Shown piece by piece: positions 7,560 to 9,827 of a stretch of DNA of 9,827 bases. The translations under genes and the position numbers were made by a program. Source of the DNA: Rotaria sordida (Eukaryota). The first letter of the stretch is position 1; the number at the start of each line of letters is the position of its first letter. The stretch is from the NCBI GenBank assembly GCA_905252715.1, contig CAJNOU010001554.1, forward strand, positions 19,592 through 29,418, read 5' to 3'. The notes under the pieces were generated by a model. It was not told where the DNA came from. It searched no databases and was given only the letters and a program-made list of their open reading frames with translations.

Positions 7560-8284
7560 AAGTTTCTGCTGTAATATTTATTGTTGTGACTTGGGAAGCA
7601 GAGGAAAAAAGAAAATAACTATGAGAAGTGGGGAAACGTATATGCGAAGAAACATTCTCAAAGAGCCTTTGTGGAGATAAAACGTTTTTCTCTTAACCAC
7701 TTGAGTTTCCCTAAGAATTACTGAATGTTTCCTATAAATCGATCAACTGTTGGTTTCAAGGATAATTTATTTGTCCATGTAAATCCTAAATATTTAAACT
7801 CATTTACTAGTTCGAATTTTTGCCCATTCATTTCTATGTGCACTATTGGTTTCCTTATTTGTGTATAAAACAAATGGGTGTGAGTGTGGATGTGGGTATT
7901 ATTATCTTCTTCACACTCACAATCTCAAGTCTCATTATGTAAAAACAATTATACTTTCGCATAAATTATATTACGATTAATTAGATTATGCAAAAAAGCA
8001 ACAAAAAAAAGTCACAACTAGAATTAGACAACCTTGACTTATCTATCTTTATTAAGTTTATAATCTTCAACTATCTCATTAGTTTGGAAGACTAATAAAA
8101 GAAACAAATAGTTTTAAATGAGGCTATGAACTAGTTCTTTGTCAGCCAGTAATCGAAAATCAGAGTTATTCAAGAGGTCAGGATATTTAAGATGTTCTGA
8201 AACTAAATTCAGTATGATTGTTCTTTTTCTTAGGACTGTAAACATATTTCTATCTTTGTTCTGGTTATAGATGGCAAATAATTG
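7560..8284 (-). mobile_element. Decayed non-LTR retrotransposon (LINE) fragment, 3' half of the reverse transcriptase domain
   Basis: Minus-strand translation gives IVHIEMNGQKFELVNEFKYLGFTWTNKLSLKPTVDRFIGNIQ, then a stop. NEFKYLGF lies at 7804-7781 and matches the RT xFKYLG motif. After a frameshift it gives FFAYTFPHF (7651-7625), which matches LFxAYVRPxLEY. Upstream lie LLADKELV (8152-8129, a decayed YADD box) and DYKLNKDR, which matches the LxxNxxKT motif. Stops and frameshifts show it is non-functional. Confidence 0.6.
7874..7921. repeat. Second copy of the GGGTGTG-type hairpin motif, with a 10-bp stem
   Basis: atgggtgtgagtgtggatg (7874-7892) matches 611-629 at 18 of 19 positions. tgtgagtgtg (7879-7888) pairs with cacactcaca (7912-7921). 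Confidence 0.75.
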
Positions 8285-8821
8285 GTCGACAACAAAAGTT
8301 TCGCCCGCCTTGAAATAAATTTTTTATATTATTTTTGACGTATGAGAATAGAATGCAATACATACATATATAGAGGAGTTCGAGACATTTACGCAGCACA
8401 TAGTAGTTTTATATGTGTTTGTTTCTTCTTTGAGTAAAGTAAAAATATATGAATACATCCATTTTTAGATAACTTGTTCGAAGATGAGATGGGTTGTATG
8501 ATATGAGACCAAAATTTCGGACTGACGGATTTCTAGTGAATAAATTACAATTCGATATTTCATGCTCAGAGTTCATGATATTGCCCGTTGATGGATCATA
8601 GCCAAAGCTCTCCCCTCTGATTGGTCAAACATTATAAACTCGACCTCACTTCATATGAACTATCTCATATCTCAACAGGTCATTCACAAATGGATGTATT
8701 CACATATTTTTACTTTGCTCAAAGAAGAAGCAAACATTTATACAACTAGTATGTGCTGCGTAAATGTCTCGAACTAATATAAAAAATTTATTTCAAGACA
8801 GGCGAAACTTTTGTCGTCGAC
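8285..8821. mobile_element. Older MITE-like inverted-repeat element of 537 bp, inserted in the reverse transcriptase remnant
   Basis: The left arm 8285-8464 pairs with the right arm 8688-8821 at roughly 90 percent identity (gtcgacaacaaaagtttcgcc... versus ...ggcgaaacttttgtcgtcgac). The left arm carries an extra 46 bp (8332-8377). The unique core is about 223 bp. The RT-like reading frame on the minus strand resumes directly outside both ends. I found no clear target-site duplication. Confidence 0.65.
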
Positions 8822-9353
8822 TAAATGTTGTTCAAATGATGAAACTATGTAAAAACACCGGTAAAAAATAAAAATTCTTTAAAGGAATAATGCAATAAGA
8901 GTAAAAAATCATTGAAAAACTGAATTTCTGAGATGCTTTTAGGACTCAAAGTTATGCTCTTCGATAGATATGTCTCACCAAGCACTCAATATTTCTATTA
9001 GCTTCCACTAATCGAAATCATATCGAGTTATCGAAAATATCTTTCCGATGGGCTTCCTGTCTTTGAGCAGTCGAAATTTCGATAGATTTCATGTCGTCGG
9101 AAAGTATCCAAGGAGTCAAAAATGAATGCACGGTAGGACAATGTTTCCGAACACTCGATAGTTCGATGAACTCCGACTGGTTGGAATCTGTTATTTCGAT
9201 GGTTTTCGAGCGGTCGAAAACAAATGTGAGATGGGAAAATGCCTCGGACGACTCAATATTCGATAGGTACCGAAGGGTTCGAAACTTGAGTAGAACGAGA
9301 AAAAAAAATATAATCAAATTTCGACCACTCACGCATTTAGCAATACTGATCAC
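8822..9353 (-). mobile_element. Probable continuation of the same LINE remnant, 5' half of the RT domain
   Basis: The minus ORF 9018-9353 contains FVFDRSKTIEI (9221-9195), which matches the RT motif DxxKAFD. It also contains TPWILS, matching WIxSYL. TLSPKS near 8950 matches QGSxLSP. The match is degenerate and rests on motifs only. Confidence 0.4.
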
Positions 9354-9827
9354 GATCTACTTGCGCAATAATTGTTTAACTTACGTCTATCAATTTGTCT
9401 GGCTCCTCTGATGACGATCAATAGTATTTCATTCGGATGACCAATAATGATAAAATAGTCTAATCAGTTTTTTTTTCCATTAGATTAGCTGAAGTAAAAT
9501 GTTAAATTATCCATCATCTTATAATTCTTACAATGATAATTCTGATGTGAATTTTACAGATATAATCAATACGAAAACTATATTGCACAACTAAAAACAT
9601 TCAATATCAATTTCTGGACAAACGTTATTTTATTTTTATAAGAAAAATAAATATTTACATGAACACAATGAATAAATTAATTGAAAAAATATCTATTGAT
9701 GATTAATTGATACATATATATATATGTATAGTTGTCATTGTTACAATTAGATCCATATTCGAATGAGGCTAGTTGAGTGAAGATCTTTGACAACTAAACA
9801 TGTTGATGGTAGATAGTCTTTTAACCA

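Noticed and set aside
9091-9411. ORF of 106 aa on the plus strand
   Set aside because: It is antisense to the RT-like minus-strand frame, in a stretch with few stop codons on either strand. It has no recognisable motifs.
1-9827. Prokaryote-style interpretation (operons, defence systems, CRISPR arrays, phage modules)
   Set aside because: Coding sequence is split by canonical GT-AG introns. The only confidently recognised protein is a metazoan-type TRPV channel. There are no long uninterrupted ORFs, Shine-Dalgarno-linked gene arrays or direct-repeat/spacer arrays.

Overview
This window is AT-rich eukaryotic (metazoan-type) genomic DNA, not a prokaryotic locus. I see no operons, CRISPR arrays, rRNA or tRNA genes. 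The main feature is a nine-exon gene on the minus strand, with coding span about 1568-6396, that encodes a TRPV-family (TRPV5/6-like) cation channel. The conceptual protein has ankyrin repeats, six transmembrane segments, a pore loop, the TM6 signature LLNLLIAMMGDTY and a TRP-box-like KLWHLERA. I rebuilt the exon-intron structure by hand. All introns are GT-AG. Seven are 46-114 bp and one is about 2.5 kb. All splice phases agree except in exon 5, where a perfect 13-bp tandem duplication (2846-2871) shifts the frame just before TM1 and creates a stop at 2827-2829. This is either a very recent inactivating lesion, a null allele or a sequence error. The long intron carries a 789-791 bp almost perfect palindromic foldback or MITE-like element (4248-5038). 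It contains three copies of a ~103-bp hairpin module and is flanked by a possible TTA target-site duplication. The two identical 67-aa ORFs in the track are mirror artefacts of this palindrome. Around the gene lie decayed non-LTR retrotransposon (reverse transcriptase) remnants. The clearest is on the minus strand at about 7560-9353 and is interrupted by a second, older 537-bp inverted-repeat element (8285-8821). Weaker remnants lie at about 426-1020 (-) and 1157-1525 (+). These remnants share a GGGTGTG-type hairpin motif. The 5' part of the RT remnant is strongly enriched in TCGA/CGATA motifs. I cannot determine the organism from sequence alone. All homology statements rest on recalled family motifs, not on database searches.
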